Shown in pieces: positions 1-11,385 of a stretch of 64,000 nucleotides of DNA. Origin of the DNA: Felis catus (Eukaryota); the NCBI RefSeq assembly GCF_018350175.1, contig NC_058368.1:207082001-207146000 (forward strand), given 5' to 3'. Position 1 is the first letter of the stretch. Each line of letters opens with the position of its first letter. The translations under genes and the position numbers were made by a program. Below the pieces are notes generated by a model. That model ran no database searches. It saw only the letters and a program-made list of their open reading frames with translations, and was not told the origin of the DNA.

Positions 1-143
1 AACTTACTTTAAAATGTGTCTGTAATGAGACAGATGGATGAAATGTCAGAGAAATGGATGGTTGGATAGATATGTGACAAAGCAGAGTGAGCAAAACGCT
101 TATTTTATTTTTTAAAAGATTTTTTAAATGTTGATTTATTTTT

Positions 144-365
144 GGGGCGCCTGGGTGGCGCAGTCGGTTAAGCATCCGACTTCAGCCAGGTCACGATCTC
201 GCGGTCCGTGAGTTCGAGCCCCGCGTCGGGCTCTGGGCTGATGGCTCAGAGCCTGGAGCCTGTTTCTGATTCTGTGTCTCCCTCTCTCTCTGCCCATCCC
301 CCGTTCATGCTCTGTCTCTCTCTGTCCCAAAAATAAATAAACGTTGAAAAAAAAATTTAAAAAAA
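144..365 (+). mobile_element. Young felid SINE (SINEC_Fc-like) nested in older SINE
   Basis: ggggcgcctgggtggcgcagtcggttaagc head, gttcgagccc B box, (CT)n, aataaa/A tail; perfect TSD aaatgttgatttattttt at 126-143 and 366-383. Confidence 0.97.
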
Positions 366-386
366 AAATGTTGATTTATTTTTGAG

Positions 387-414
387 ACACACACACACAC
401 ACACACACACACAC
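387..414. repeat. (AC)n microsatellite
   Basis: Direct reading. Confidence 0.95.
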
Positions 415-979
415 AGCATGAGAGGGGGAGGGACAGAAAGAGATGGAAACACAGAATCCACACAGATGGAGACACAGGCTCTGAGCTGTCAGCACACAGC
501 CCGATGTGGGGCTTGAACCACAAACTGTGAGATCATGACTTGAGCCAAAGTCGGACCCATAACCGACTGAGCCACCCAAGTGCCCAAAATGTATATTTTA
601 ACATCTAGATTGTGTTCAAGTCAAGCTTCTTATATCTTTGAAATTTTTTGTTAATAAAATATGGGATAAAAGCAGTAAAAAAAATAGAAAGTTAATTTTA
701 AAATTTAGTGATGCTTATACTAAATAAGCTTCTAATTTGAAATTATCTGACTCAATATATTATATGTATTATAAGAAGATAATTTATTAAATGGCAACAA
801 AAAAAGAGAGCTGTGAATGAAAAAACTGTTTTTAAAGTGCTAAAAGAATCCTGAGTGCCATGGGATTGAGTTTGATTTTTTTACCCAACATTTTCAGTAA
901 AACACTTGTAACCATGATAGCATATTTGATTTTACCATATAGAATAAGATTCACACTTAAATTAGTATGTAAAATTTTT

Positions 980-1095
980 AAATTGAAAGAGACCTTAGCA
1001 ATCATCTTTTAATCCCTTTGTTTTAAAGATGTGAAAGCTGATGTCCTCAAGGACTGTGAGTTTACTCTAAGTCACAAAGCTAGTAAATACCAGCA
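980..1095 (-). mobile_element. MIR fragment
   Basis: gaaagagaccttagcaatcatc...ttttaaagatgtgaaagctga...aagtcacaaagctagtaa resembles antisense MIR core. Confidence 0.55.
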
Positions 1096-1764
1096 TGCTT
1101 ACCAAAAACAAGACAAAACAAAACAAAACTGTGAAATCTGATTCATTTCCCTTTGAAGTTCTCTTGTACGAGTGTGAGAATCAGTCAGACCAGCATCTAG
1201 ACTACCAGGAAGAGGCATCTGTGAGAAGGGAGTAATAATGCCTGCTCTGCTACAGGAAATACCAACGCGCTTTGGATTGTTCTTAAGATGGTGAGAAACT
1301 TAAATACCACTCGTTAGTTTCAACGTATGTGTAATACATCGAGATCTACACTTCAGGTCAGTGGATTTCCAAATGGGACTGATGTACTGGCTGTGATTTA
1401 ACTCATTATTTCCCATAAAATTTACATCGGTCAGAATGCATAATCCAAGTGACCATGAGAGACAAATACATATGAAAGTAGAGCAAAGTGGAACACATTT
1501 AGATAGAAGGTTCATTAATCTTCACCATAAATTAAATTCTCCAACTGAAGGAGAATTTACAAGTTTTATTTTTATATACAGTCTTCAAAGAGATTTGGAA
1601 TAAAACAAATGTATTCAAATGCATAAATGTAAGCCATCCTCAAAGTAAAACATTAAATCTGAAGAAATATATTATTTGATAGGAACATAGCAATAAAATA
1701 TTCAACAAAAACCCACAGAGTCTAAAGGATTTTCATTTCATGTGGACTCAAAGTATTCCATTTT

Positions 1765-1974
1765 CATTATTTTTATTTTTTTAATTAATTTATTTAGAGA
1801 GACAGAGAAAGCGTGAGTTGGGGAGGGGCAGAGAGAGAGGGAAAGAGAGAGAACCCCAAGCAGGTTCCACACTGCCAGCATGGAGCCTGATGTGGGGCTC
1901 AAACCCATGAACCAAGAGATCATGACCTGAGCCAAAGTCAGATGCTTAACTGACTGAGCCATCCAGGCACCCCC
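1765..1974 (-). mobile_element. Can-SINE
   Basis: Antisense SINE body; TSD caaagtattccatttt at 1749-1764 and 1975-1990. Confidence 0.95.
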
Positions 1975-2294
1975 CAAAGTATTCCATTTTTAAAATGCTA
2001 ACTTTTAAATATATATTGGCATAACCTTTACTGCATCTTGCCCCTACAGAGAAGACTAAAAAAGAAAATATGCTCAATAATTAGTTTCCTCATAATAAAA
2101 TTCCCAGAAGAGCATTATAAAAAAATAAATGTCAAGATTGCCATGGATATATAAGAATCTTCTGGGAACTCTGTGGAACACTATTTATTAATATACAGAT
2201 AAGTACTTTTTAATTTATCTATTCAATGGCTGAATGAGTAGAAAAAATAATAAATGTCCATAGAGTTTTACAATTTTCAGGATATTTTATTTCC

Positions 2295-2502
2295 TTTTTT
2301 TTTTTAACTTTTATTTATTTTTGAGAGACAGAGAGGCAGAGCATGAATGGAGAGGAGCAGAGAGGGAGACACAGAATCTGAAGCAGGCTCCAGGCTCTGA
2401 GCTGTCAGCACAGAGCCTGAAGCAGGGCTCGAGCCCACGAACTGTGAGATCATGACCTGAGCCGAAGTAGGATGCTTAACCGATTGAGCCACCCAGGCGC
2501 CC
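2295..2502 (-). mobile_element. Can-SINE
   Basis: T tail, gagacacagaatctgaagcaggctcc, head ...gagccacccaggcgccc. Confidence 0.95.
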
Positions 2503-3017
2503 TTTGTTTTCTTTATCTGATATGATCTTCATAGTATCAAACTGTGCAATATCAAAAGTTGGAGTGGATATTAATATCCTTATTTCACCTGTTAAGCAGT
2601 TGAGGCTCAAATATTAGTCTAAAAAATAGCAATGTGCTATTAATAAAATCAGATGATGGAAAAATATATAGTAATTTGTCAGGTTCTCAGAGTAAATAAA
2701 TATCAAAGACATGTCTAAAACATGCTTTCAAGCTAGTGTTTTTTCCACTGAAACTTCTATCTAAATTTATCACTTAAGTGCTATCACATCAAGTCATCTT
2801 TTTATTTTTGAAAAATCCATTAGTTCCATCAAAGCATCATAAATCTGTTTCCATGTTTTCCTAATATGCTTGACAAAACGACATATAAACATAGAATTCC
2901 AGAATAGGGCATGATAATTCAGTATACTCAAATTGATGGTAGTAAGAATGAAATGGTAAGCACAACTTGACCTTTCTTGCTCCTTCTTTCTCCTTTCTTT
3001 CCTTTCTTCTATCAATT

Positions 3018-3066
3018 TATCTATGTATCATCTATCTGTCTATCTGTCTATCATCTACCTATCTAT
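3018..3066. repeat. Imperfect (TCTA)n microsatellite
   Basis: tatctatgtatcatctatctgtctatctgtctatcatctacctatcta. Confidence 0.8.
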
Positions 3067-3093
3067 ACTTTTAAGTACATCAGAATATACTAT

Positions 3094-3548
3094 TGTGAAA
3101 ATTAATAAAAAGAAACCTCCTTTAGAAAGGATTCAGGAGGCAAGCAAGGGAGATCTCGTGCCCTACTACTCATCATCAATTGCAGACCCAGCAGGAAGAG
3201 ACATGCCTTGCAAGCCCATACTACTTGAGCCACTACTTTACCATCCCAGCAGGAGGAAGAAAGTTTTCCTCTTCCTCAACAACAGGTAGCAGCCTAACCA
3301 AAGAGAGTCATAACTCAGCCAATGAAAAGCCACTATACTTCAAATTCCCAGTTACTCCCAAAGACTTTTTGTTTATGACCGCACTCCCTAGTTCCCTCTT
3401 TCCTCTATAAAACAGTCGTCCTCTCCTGTATCTTACTGGTTTTGCAGTAGCTTGCTTCTCCCAGATTGCAATTTTCTTCTATTCCCAAATAAACCCATTG
3501 TCCTGTTTGCTGGCATAATAGCTGGCAGTTTTATTCATGAGGTTAACT
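3094..3548 (+). mobile_element. Solo LTR, ERV1-class
   Basis: Starts TGTG, ends ggttaac(t) (decayed CA); 4-bp TSD ctat at 3090-3093 and 3549-3552; CCAAT (~3319), TATAAAA (~3406) and AATAAA (~3488) in U3-R-U5 order. Confidence 0.8.
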
Positions 3549-3799
3549 CTATTAATTATTTAATAATCTCTAAATAGTTCTTTCCATGTTGGAACATAAT
3601 TATTTTTTAATTCTGTGTTGGCTATTTTATAAGGAGAGGTACCTAAATCACATGGCTTCACATGGGATTAGGAGAGCTGCAGAATGGAAAAAGACAATTA
3701 GGAAAGGAAATAAGTGGGTAGACTTTGAAGGACACCACACCTTTTGAATTCATCCATAATTACAAGGTGTTATGTTTCAAACTCTACTCTGAATCTGGG

Positions 3800-4330
3800 A
3801 ACCCAAAGAATAGAATGCTGATTGAATGATGGCTTTAGCCTAAGTGACAAGTTTAAATTTTATTCTCTAGGCATTATGAAGCCTTTGAGTGTTCAAATTT
3901 GTTTTGATTTGGTTTTAGTTTTGGTCTAATGGGAGAAATAGGGTAATCCATTTCAGAGTTTTATAAAATAAAGTATAGGGTTCATAAGAAAGAAAAGCTG
4001 AAAACATGGTACCCGATTAGAAAACCAATAGAGCAGTCAACACAAGAGAATTTAGGGCCTGAGTTGAAGGAGTAACAGTAGATTTCGAGAAGGGACAGAA
4101 TCAATAATACTTAGGAAGTAGAATCAATAGGATATGGTGAATGAACAGATGTTTAAAATAAGGAAAGAGAGGGGTCAAAGATGCCTCTGAAATTCCTCTT
4201 TAGAGAAATGACAATTCCAATCAAGCAAACATTGGAAGAAATGTTTTATTTGTTTGTTTATTTGGCCTTTTTTTTTTTTTTTTTGTCAAGGCAGTATGTG
4301 TTGAAGAAAAGTGATTCAAATTAAGTTTGG
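3800..4330 (-). mobile_element. L2 fragment
   Basis: Purine-rich antisense L2-like motifs (ggaagtagaatcaataggatatggtga...aaggaaagagaggggtcaaagatgcctc). Confidence 0.6.
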
Positions 4331-6494
4331 AAAATGTCGCTTATCTACTCTCCTCAGATAAATTGCAAACACTGTCAGGATTCTTCATGGAGTATAGTAG
4401 ATGGTGGTTACTGAGGGGGGCAGCAAGGGATTTGCCTTGATACATACCGTATCAAGAGAAGGTAGGGCTACAGAACTGCTAACTCTAAAATGGGTAAATC
4501 CGAGTACTTTGGGTTTCATCAGTGAATAGTGGAAGTTGTTTTTGTTTTGTTTTTTACTTTTATATTCAAAATTGATAGGCATGAGTCTCTATGTACTTGT
4601 ACTATGTACTTAATCTGTGTGCTGTATGGTCCCCAGTCCCAGAAGCCCATAAGCAGCACAAAGAAGGCAAGAAAACACTTTCTTCCACTTTAGATCTTTA
4701 AAATTTCTGGATCTGTGGGGATGAGCAGAATCCTGATGCTGTCACTTTCTTGTAATTATATGTACTTAAGTGCCTTTGAACCCAATGAACTTAGCTCTGT
4801 AAGACAAGCAGTCAAAACACCCCCTTCATACTTCAGTCAAAGGATGAAAACCGCCAGTTATATTAATTTATACATTTGTTTGGGAATAAAACTTTCTTCC
4901 ATTTTCCAGAGGCATCTAAACCCAGGCTTCTCCTCACCTAGAGCATCAGAATGGCAGCTTCCAAATAAACTCAACAACCCAAGCCAGGATGTAACACTCT
5001 CTTTGTTGTCAACATGGCATCCAAGGCAGCCATCTCCCCCTCTGTACCAGTGGCCCCAGCCCCCTTACACTTTCACTTCATCTTCACATTCACCCAGTGT
5101 GGTCTGTACATAAAAGAGGAAAATTGCAATTGTTTAGACCCTGCAACTCCCTTCCTGATCCCCTAACTCAAGCATAGCCTCATTACTTTGCTAATTTTTG
5201 AACTTTTACTGAAATTCCCATAGAGAAATTGAGAAAAGACTTGTTTGTTCTATGATATCTTGGTATCTATGAAATTTCATATTTAAAAAATTGTTTCAGT
5301 GTTTGGGGCAAGGGAGATTCCAAAAATGCTGTCTCAATTTTTTTTCCCAGAGGAGGACTCAACCCTTTAAATTGTTGGTTAGAATTTGTGGTTTTGCTTT
5401 TTTTAAACATCTGCTGCCTACTGTGGCTGTAGCAATCAAACGTTCATTCCATTTTATCATTCATTTGTTAGTTAAATCAGCAGAATCTGTCTCTGTTTAA
5501 TAACCACCCGAAGTGGAAATGAATTAGTCCTATAATTTAAATAGTGAACAAAAAATACACAGATAATGAACATTTTTTTGGAGTCAGTTATTTTTTTCTA
5601 TGCTAGAAAAAATGATGTGGAAAATGTTCCTATCAGGAGTATCTCAATGAGTATTCTTACAGTATTCTTGAGAATTCAGGAAACATGCTTGCCCATCAGG
5701 AAACAGAATTAAATGGATAGTAAATTTGTTTGGGTTTCCTCATGGACTCAAAAGCAGTTCCAAGGACCCAGGAATTTTCTATTGCAATTCTCTGATTAAT
5801 AGATCATATAAATACTAAACATGAAAGGGCATTGTGTAGATAAATCAATTTAATTGAAATTATTTTAGTAATTAACCAACCTCGTTTCTTCCAATTACTC
5901 TTCAACGAACTCCTTGTCCAGGCAAACACAAATTGAGTTTCTGGAATTCTGCAAGTACTTTTCTTTAGAAACTTTTCAATTTCCCCATGAAAAAAACTTA
6001 AGAAATCTATTTTGTTAAGACTGTCTTGCTTCATTCTTTAAATTGAGCCTAAACATTTTAAAGAAATAAAAGTATCCTCTTACTGAGCTTGAGTTTTTCC
6101 ATTCTGTTTTTAAAAAGTAATGGCTAAGTTAAGTAGAAAACTACATTATCATTAATATTGGAAACCAGATATAATTTAATAATTCTTACATGGCATGGTT
6201 ATTGTTTGAAAGAAATTTCAAACTTATTAAAATGACATAATCTGAATGACTAATGTTATTACATTTTGTTGCTGAGGAAATACATGAAGTACTCTCAGCT
6301 GTGATTAGAAATTTTAATAATTTCTTATCTGAATAATAAGTGATGGAAAGAATAACTAAATTAAATGAGAAACATGCAGGACACTTTCTAAATTAATAGA
6401 AAGTGAAAATAATTTCTTATTGTTGCATTTGCTCTCAAAGGACTTTGTGGTTTCTTGTTTTGACTGTTTTAGATTTTGCCAATCTACACTGTTG

Positions 6495-6722
6495 TTTTTT
6501 TTTCTTAAGTTTGTTTGTTTATTTATTTATTTAAGAGAGAGAGAGACAGAGCATGAGCAGGGGAGTGGCAGAGAGAACGGGAGAGAGAGAGAGAATCCCA
6601 AGCTGGCTCTGCGTGGTCAGTGTGGAGCCCAATGTGGGGCTCAAACTCACGAACCATGAGATCATGACCTGAGCCGAAACCAAGAGCCTGATGCTTAACT
6701 GATTGAGCCATGCAGGTGCCCC
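6495..6722 (-). mobile_element. Can-SINE
   Basis: Antisense SINE body and head ...gattgagccatgcaggtgcccc. Confidence 0.93.
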
Positions 6723-7006
6723 TGCACTCTGTTTTATGGTCACCAGTTTTCCATCTTCAACGAAATTAGAAAATGTGAAAATTACTTTAATCTGGTTATT
6801 AAAATGGTAGATTATAATTCACTTAAAGTGAAGTTTATGAATGAGTTGCTCAGGTAAGATATGCCATCACTTCCAGAGATCATTAAAAGTAGGCGCTCCT
6901 CTGTGCCAGCTGATACTGGTGTGTATTAGGAGGGTTAACCCAAGTGTGCACAACAGATTGACGTGAGGAGCCACCGAAGGCAACAAGATTGGTTAAGAAG
7001 CAATCT

Positions 7007-7224
7007 CAGTGCAGGCCTCCAGTTATGGTACGAGTAAGTCACAGGAATAAAAAGCAGAGCATAAGGAATACAGTCAATGACACTGTAATGGCGATGTATG
7101 GGGACAGATAGTAGCCACACTTATGGTGAACGTGGCATAACGTATAAACCTGTCAAATCATGATACTGTACCCTGAAACTAATGTCACGTCGTGTGTCAG
7201 CTATACTCAAATAAAATCTATGTA
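7007..7224 (+). mobile_element. 5'-truncated carnivore L1 3' end (L1_Carn-like)
   Basis: caggcctccagttatgg...ccctgaaactaatgtcac...tatactcaaataaaa; TSD aagaagcaatct (6995-7006) / aagaagtaatct (7225-7236). Confidence 0.85.
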
Positions 7225-7239
7225 AAGAAGTAATCTGAA

Positions 7240-7620
7240 AAGTTCAAGTGAGAGGTAATTATGTCTGCATTGATGGTGCAAATGGAAAGGAATGGCACAT
7301 GAGAGATTTGGAATAGTATTATAAAAGGATATCGGACTGTGCGTAAAAGAAAAGTTTTTTAAAAGAGACAATTTTTTAGAAAGTATAAAGGCAGGATGCG
7401 CAGAGATATTATTCATAGGTGAACATTCAGAGAAAAATGCTGATACATGACTGGAAGAGCAAAGATTAGTTCAATTGTAAGTTTAAGTTCAGTGTGAGGT
7501 CCTCACTGGATGATACAGGTAAAGCTATTCCGTAAGCAAATGATAGTAGAAACAGAGAGAGAGCATAGGACAAAAGTTAGGACAAGTGCTGAAATTTAGT
7601 CATCTGCATCAGTACTTTTT
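7240..7620 (-). mobile_element. L2 fragment
   Basis: Degenerate antisense L2 motifs (gattagttcaattg...gtttaagttcagtgtgagg...gaaatttagtcatctgcat). Confidence 0.45.
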
Positions 7621-7649
7621 ATGTTTTAATACAGATATGAATCGTCTAG

Positions 7650-8170
7650 GACTTCAAAAATGTACCCTTTGTCCTAGTACATTTCAGGTGGGGCACGAGA
7701 GTCTGTATTTCTTTTTTTATTATTATTCTTATTTTTAAGAGAGAGAGAGACAGAATCAGAGGCTGAGTGGAAGATGGGCAAAGAGAGAGGGAGACAGAAT
7801 CCAAAGCAGGCTCCAGTCTCTGAGCTGTCAGCACAGAGCCCGTCGCGGGGTTCGAACTCACAAACCGTGAGATCATGACCTGAGCCAAAGTCGGACGCTT
7901 AACTGACTGAGCCACCCACCCAGGCACCCTGAGATTCTGTATTTCTAACGAGCATCCAGTAATGCCCAAACTACTGGTCTGATGACCACACTTTGGATAG
8001 TGAAGTACATTTTTTCTCAAATGTCACTACTCCTTGGAATCTCAAAGAAATTTTAAAACAAACAAAAACGACTCCCGTTTCCCAGCCCCAGAAAATCTAA
8101 ATGCGTTGATTGGAAGTACTGCATTTTAACTCCTAAGGCAATATGAATATACCACAAGGTTTGAGAACCT
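7650..8170. mobile_element. MER5A/MER5B-like hAT-Charlie MITE fragments, interrupted by a SINE
   Basis: ggtggggcacgaga.tctgtatttctaac...ctggtctgatgaccacactttggatag and ...aaggtttgagaacc typical of MER5. Confidence 0.65.
7713..7929 (-). mobile_element. Can-SINE inserted in MER5
   Basis: TSD gagagtctgtatttct (7697-7712) / gagattctgtatttct (7931-7946). Confidence 0.95.
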
Positions 8171-8331
8171 TGTCAAGGTGGTAGTTTGAAAGAGTGAAAA
8201 ATAAAAACAATCCCCATTTAGACAGGTGTAGGGAAAAGTAAGACCATAAGGAAAAAAAGCAACCGGAAAGATGCAAGGATAACTAGATAGGTTTTTGTAT
8301 TTTGTAAGTCAAATCAGAACTCAGTGAAATC

Positions 8332-8430
8332 ACTTCTGACTTCTGAATCCAGAATATAGAATAAACTTTTGATGCCCTAAGTCACTAAATTTGTGGTGAT
8401 TTGTTTCAGCAGTCATAGGAAACAAATGCA
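8332..8430 (+). mobile_element. MLT1 (MaLR) LTR 3' fragment
   Basis: gacttctgaatccagaa...aataaa...taagtcactaaatttgtggtgatttgtttcagcagtcataggaaacaaatgca. Confidence 0.7.
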
Positions 8431-8452
8431 CCTATGAATTAGATATAGTTAT

Positions 8453-8797
8453 TGTTTTAGTTCAGGCTGTTCCAATAGAATACCACTGACTGAATGGCTT
8501 AACCAGTGAACATTTATGTCTTACTCTTCTGGAGCCCACAAAGTCCGATATTAAGGTGCTAGCTGATTAGGTTCCTGGTGAGAACCCTCTTCCTGGTTTT
8601 CAGAGGGCTGAGGATGGAGAGAGAAAGAGCAAGTTAGCTAGCTCTCTGGCATCTTCTTATAAGGGCATTAATGCCATCATAGGGATGCTACCCTTATTAC
8701 CTAATGACCTCCTTAAGGTCTCATCTCCAAATACCATCACACTGGAGAGTTTCAATGTATGAATTTTGTGATGGACACATACATGAAGTTCATAGCA
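8453..8797 (-). mobile_element. MLT1A-like MaLR solo LTR inserted in a MIR
   Basis: TG...CA ends, 5-bp TSD gttat/gttaa, antisense MLT1A motifs (cttcttataagggcattaat, catctccaaataccatcac). Confidence 0.85.
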
Positions 8798-8920
8798 GTT
8801 AATATCCTGATTTTACAGATGAAGAATCTCAAATACAGAGAAAGTAACTAATTTGCCCAAAGTCACATAACTTCCAAATGATAGGATTTGAACCCTAACA
8901 GCCTGGTTCTGGAACCGTCA
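8798..8920 (-). mobile_element. MIR
   Basis: attttacagatgaagaa...aagtaactaatttgcccaaagtcaca...ggatttgaaccc core. Confidence 0.8.
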
Positions 8921-9542
8921 AAATTAACAATAAGTAGACTTACAAAGGAGCCTTCCCACCATTTTATCCATCCAATTCTAGTCTGTTTCATATTAAAAGG
9001 TTGCTGAGACTTTCTTTTCAATTATGTTTTGTGATTTTTCAGCATAATGCTTAACACTAAATGACCTAAGCTAAAATTGAGAATATTATTTCAGGCATAA
9101 AATTTCTTCATTCAGAAAATATTAACATCTGCTTATGAAATTCACAAGCATTATACTAGTACCAAACTAAGAGATTTTGATAGTCTTACATAGAACAAAC
9201 TCCAGTTCCTCGATAAACAAAACTTAATTCACTAGAATTTAGTCTGCATCAAAATCAGAGGATTAGAACCTCAGGGTTCAGCAGGAATGTTTATCTCCTC
9301 TCAAAGTAACCATAAAAACAGTGATTCTCAATAGTTTGTGTAGGAATGTAAAAGTTTATTCCCATTAATTGAATTTCAGAGAATAACTAAGTTGCACACA
9401 CTTTACCAAAAATATTCTAAGCAAAAAGAGTAGTACATACACATGGGCAAGATTCAAACAGTGTAGAAAGGTATACAATGAAAAATGAGATCCATGTGTG
9501 CCATATTTTCTTCCATAATTAAATTAACTGTTTCCATATTGG

Positions 9543-9660
9543 AGGGTGATCATATAATTTATTCCCTAACCAGCATATTTTTAAGAGTGACAAGTGCTAA
9601 ACAGTCAGAAAACCAGTGAGGGGGCAGGTAAAAACCAGGACTTAACTGGGTTAATTGGTG
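9543..9660. mobile_element. MER81-like hAT-Blackjack MITE
   Basis: agggtgatcatataatttat...ttttaagagtga...aaaccaggact resembles MER81. Confidence 0.45.
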
Positions 9661-11165
9661 AAAATTGAAGATATTTTCAGGTTTTTCCAATAGCTAAAAA
9701 TGCTGACATAAGGTTTATTGCATCTTAACGTTCTTTTGTAAGAATGACTACTGAATGAATCACTAAAAATATGTCAAAATCTGTGTGGATTTTGGTTTTG
9801 TCAGATATCAGATTACTCTCTAAATACACAACACCACTTTATTCTTCCACCAACAAAGTAGGAGAGCCTTGTTATCCCACCGTCTTTCCTATAAGAAATA
9901 ATACCACACATATTATTTTTTGACAATATATTTATATATTTAATAAATCACTTCTCTGATTTGTTTTGTATGCCTTTAGTTTTAAGTAAAATTTATTATT
10001 TATTTGTGCATTTGTATATTTTCTGATATTTATTCAAATCCTTTGCCCATGTTTCTATTATTTTTCTTTGTATATGTATATGTGTGTGTATACATATAAA
10101 ATATCTGTATATATGTCATATGTATAATAGTATGTATAATATTTCTATTCTAATATTTCTATATGCATAAATAATATACATAATGTACTACATATAATAT
10201 TTCTATTCTATCTAATATTTCTGTTAGATTTGGTTTGTGTAAACTCTGTGAATTCAAATAATTCACCCATTGCTTATATATGTATTCCAAATGTTTTCCT
10301 AATAGACTCTTCATTGTTTCTTACAGAATTTTAAGAATTGTACTACTCATATGTTCTCAAATTTATTATTCATTTGCTTATTCTAAAGCCATAGCATTTT
10401 GAGCATTACTTTCAAAGAGAATTGATACATAGTCAAAATCATTGTCTGGGTCTTACAAGATAAGAGTTAGGTCCCTACTTAAATGCTCTTCTGAACATTT
10501 AGATATGCTCTATCGATGGGCAAAGTCTATATAGGTAATCTCATACACCATCTCCTCTGGTTGTAAACCATATTAAGGGAGAGACTCTAGATGAACTGGC
10601 TTGAATCCATTGTTACTGCTACTCAAAAATAACAATCACAACAATACCCAACAATTGTGACATTGATAGTGTACCATGAACATCATCTTAGTACCAGATG
10701 TAACAGAAAGGAAGAAAATTAGCAAGTACGTTAGTCAGATTTCTACTTGTACTTATGATAACAGTCCTATTCTTCATTACCTGCTCATCACCGTAGTATG
10801 CAAAAGATAATATTCTGCTTTCTCACTAATGCAAACCTTTCCTCAACACTCTCAACTTTGTTCAGTGGGCTGTCATCAATTAACAAGGCTCATTGCCTTA
10901 ATTTAGTTAAGAAGTAATTGACCAAACTATAATTGAACACCACTTTGAATGAAACCTTGGTGAGTTATTGTTATTATTTTGAATTTGCATTTACTTTGGA
11001 TGAAATATAAAATTATTTTGTTAATACATTTAATTACTAGTCAAAACTAAGTTGAGTATCTTTTATGGGTTAGGAACTGATAAGTTCTTGAGATTCAAGG
11101 ATAAGTAATGCTGTAACTACATGCAAGAAATCCAATGTTTAGTTGTGGATTAAGGAAAAAAGGTA

Positions 11166-11385
11166 GGAGCGCCTGGGTGGCTCAGTCAGTTAAGCGCCCG
11201 ACTTTGGCTCAGTCATGATCTCATGGTTTGTGGGTTCAAGCCCCGCATTGGGCTCCGTGCTGACAGCTCAGAGCCTGGAGCCTGCTTCAGATTCTGTGTC
11301 TCCCTCTCTCTCTGCCCCTCCCATGCTTACACTCTATCTCTCTCTGACTCTCAAAAATGAATAAATGTTAAAAACAAAAAAGAAC
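11166..11385 (+). mobile_element. Can-SINE
   Basis: ggagcgcctgggtggctcag head, (CT)n, A tail; TSD aaaaaaggta/aaaaaaggca. Confidence 0.95.

Larger units (their letters stand above)
103..585 (-). mobile_element. Older Can-SINE (tRNA-derived), split in its tail by a younger SINE; contains (AC)n
   Basis: Reverse-complement SINE head ending ...gagccacccaagtgccc at 585; T-rich tail on both sides of the nested insert; degenerate TSD aaaacgcttatttta / aaaatgtatatttta. Confidence 0.9.

Noticed and set aside
144..230. tRNA genes (A/B box-like motifs)
   Set aside because: These are tRNA-derived SINE heads followed by SINE body and tail, not tRNA genes
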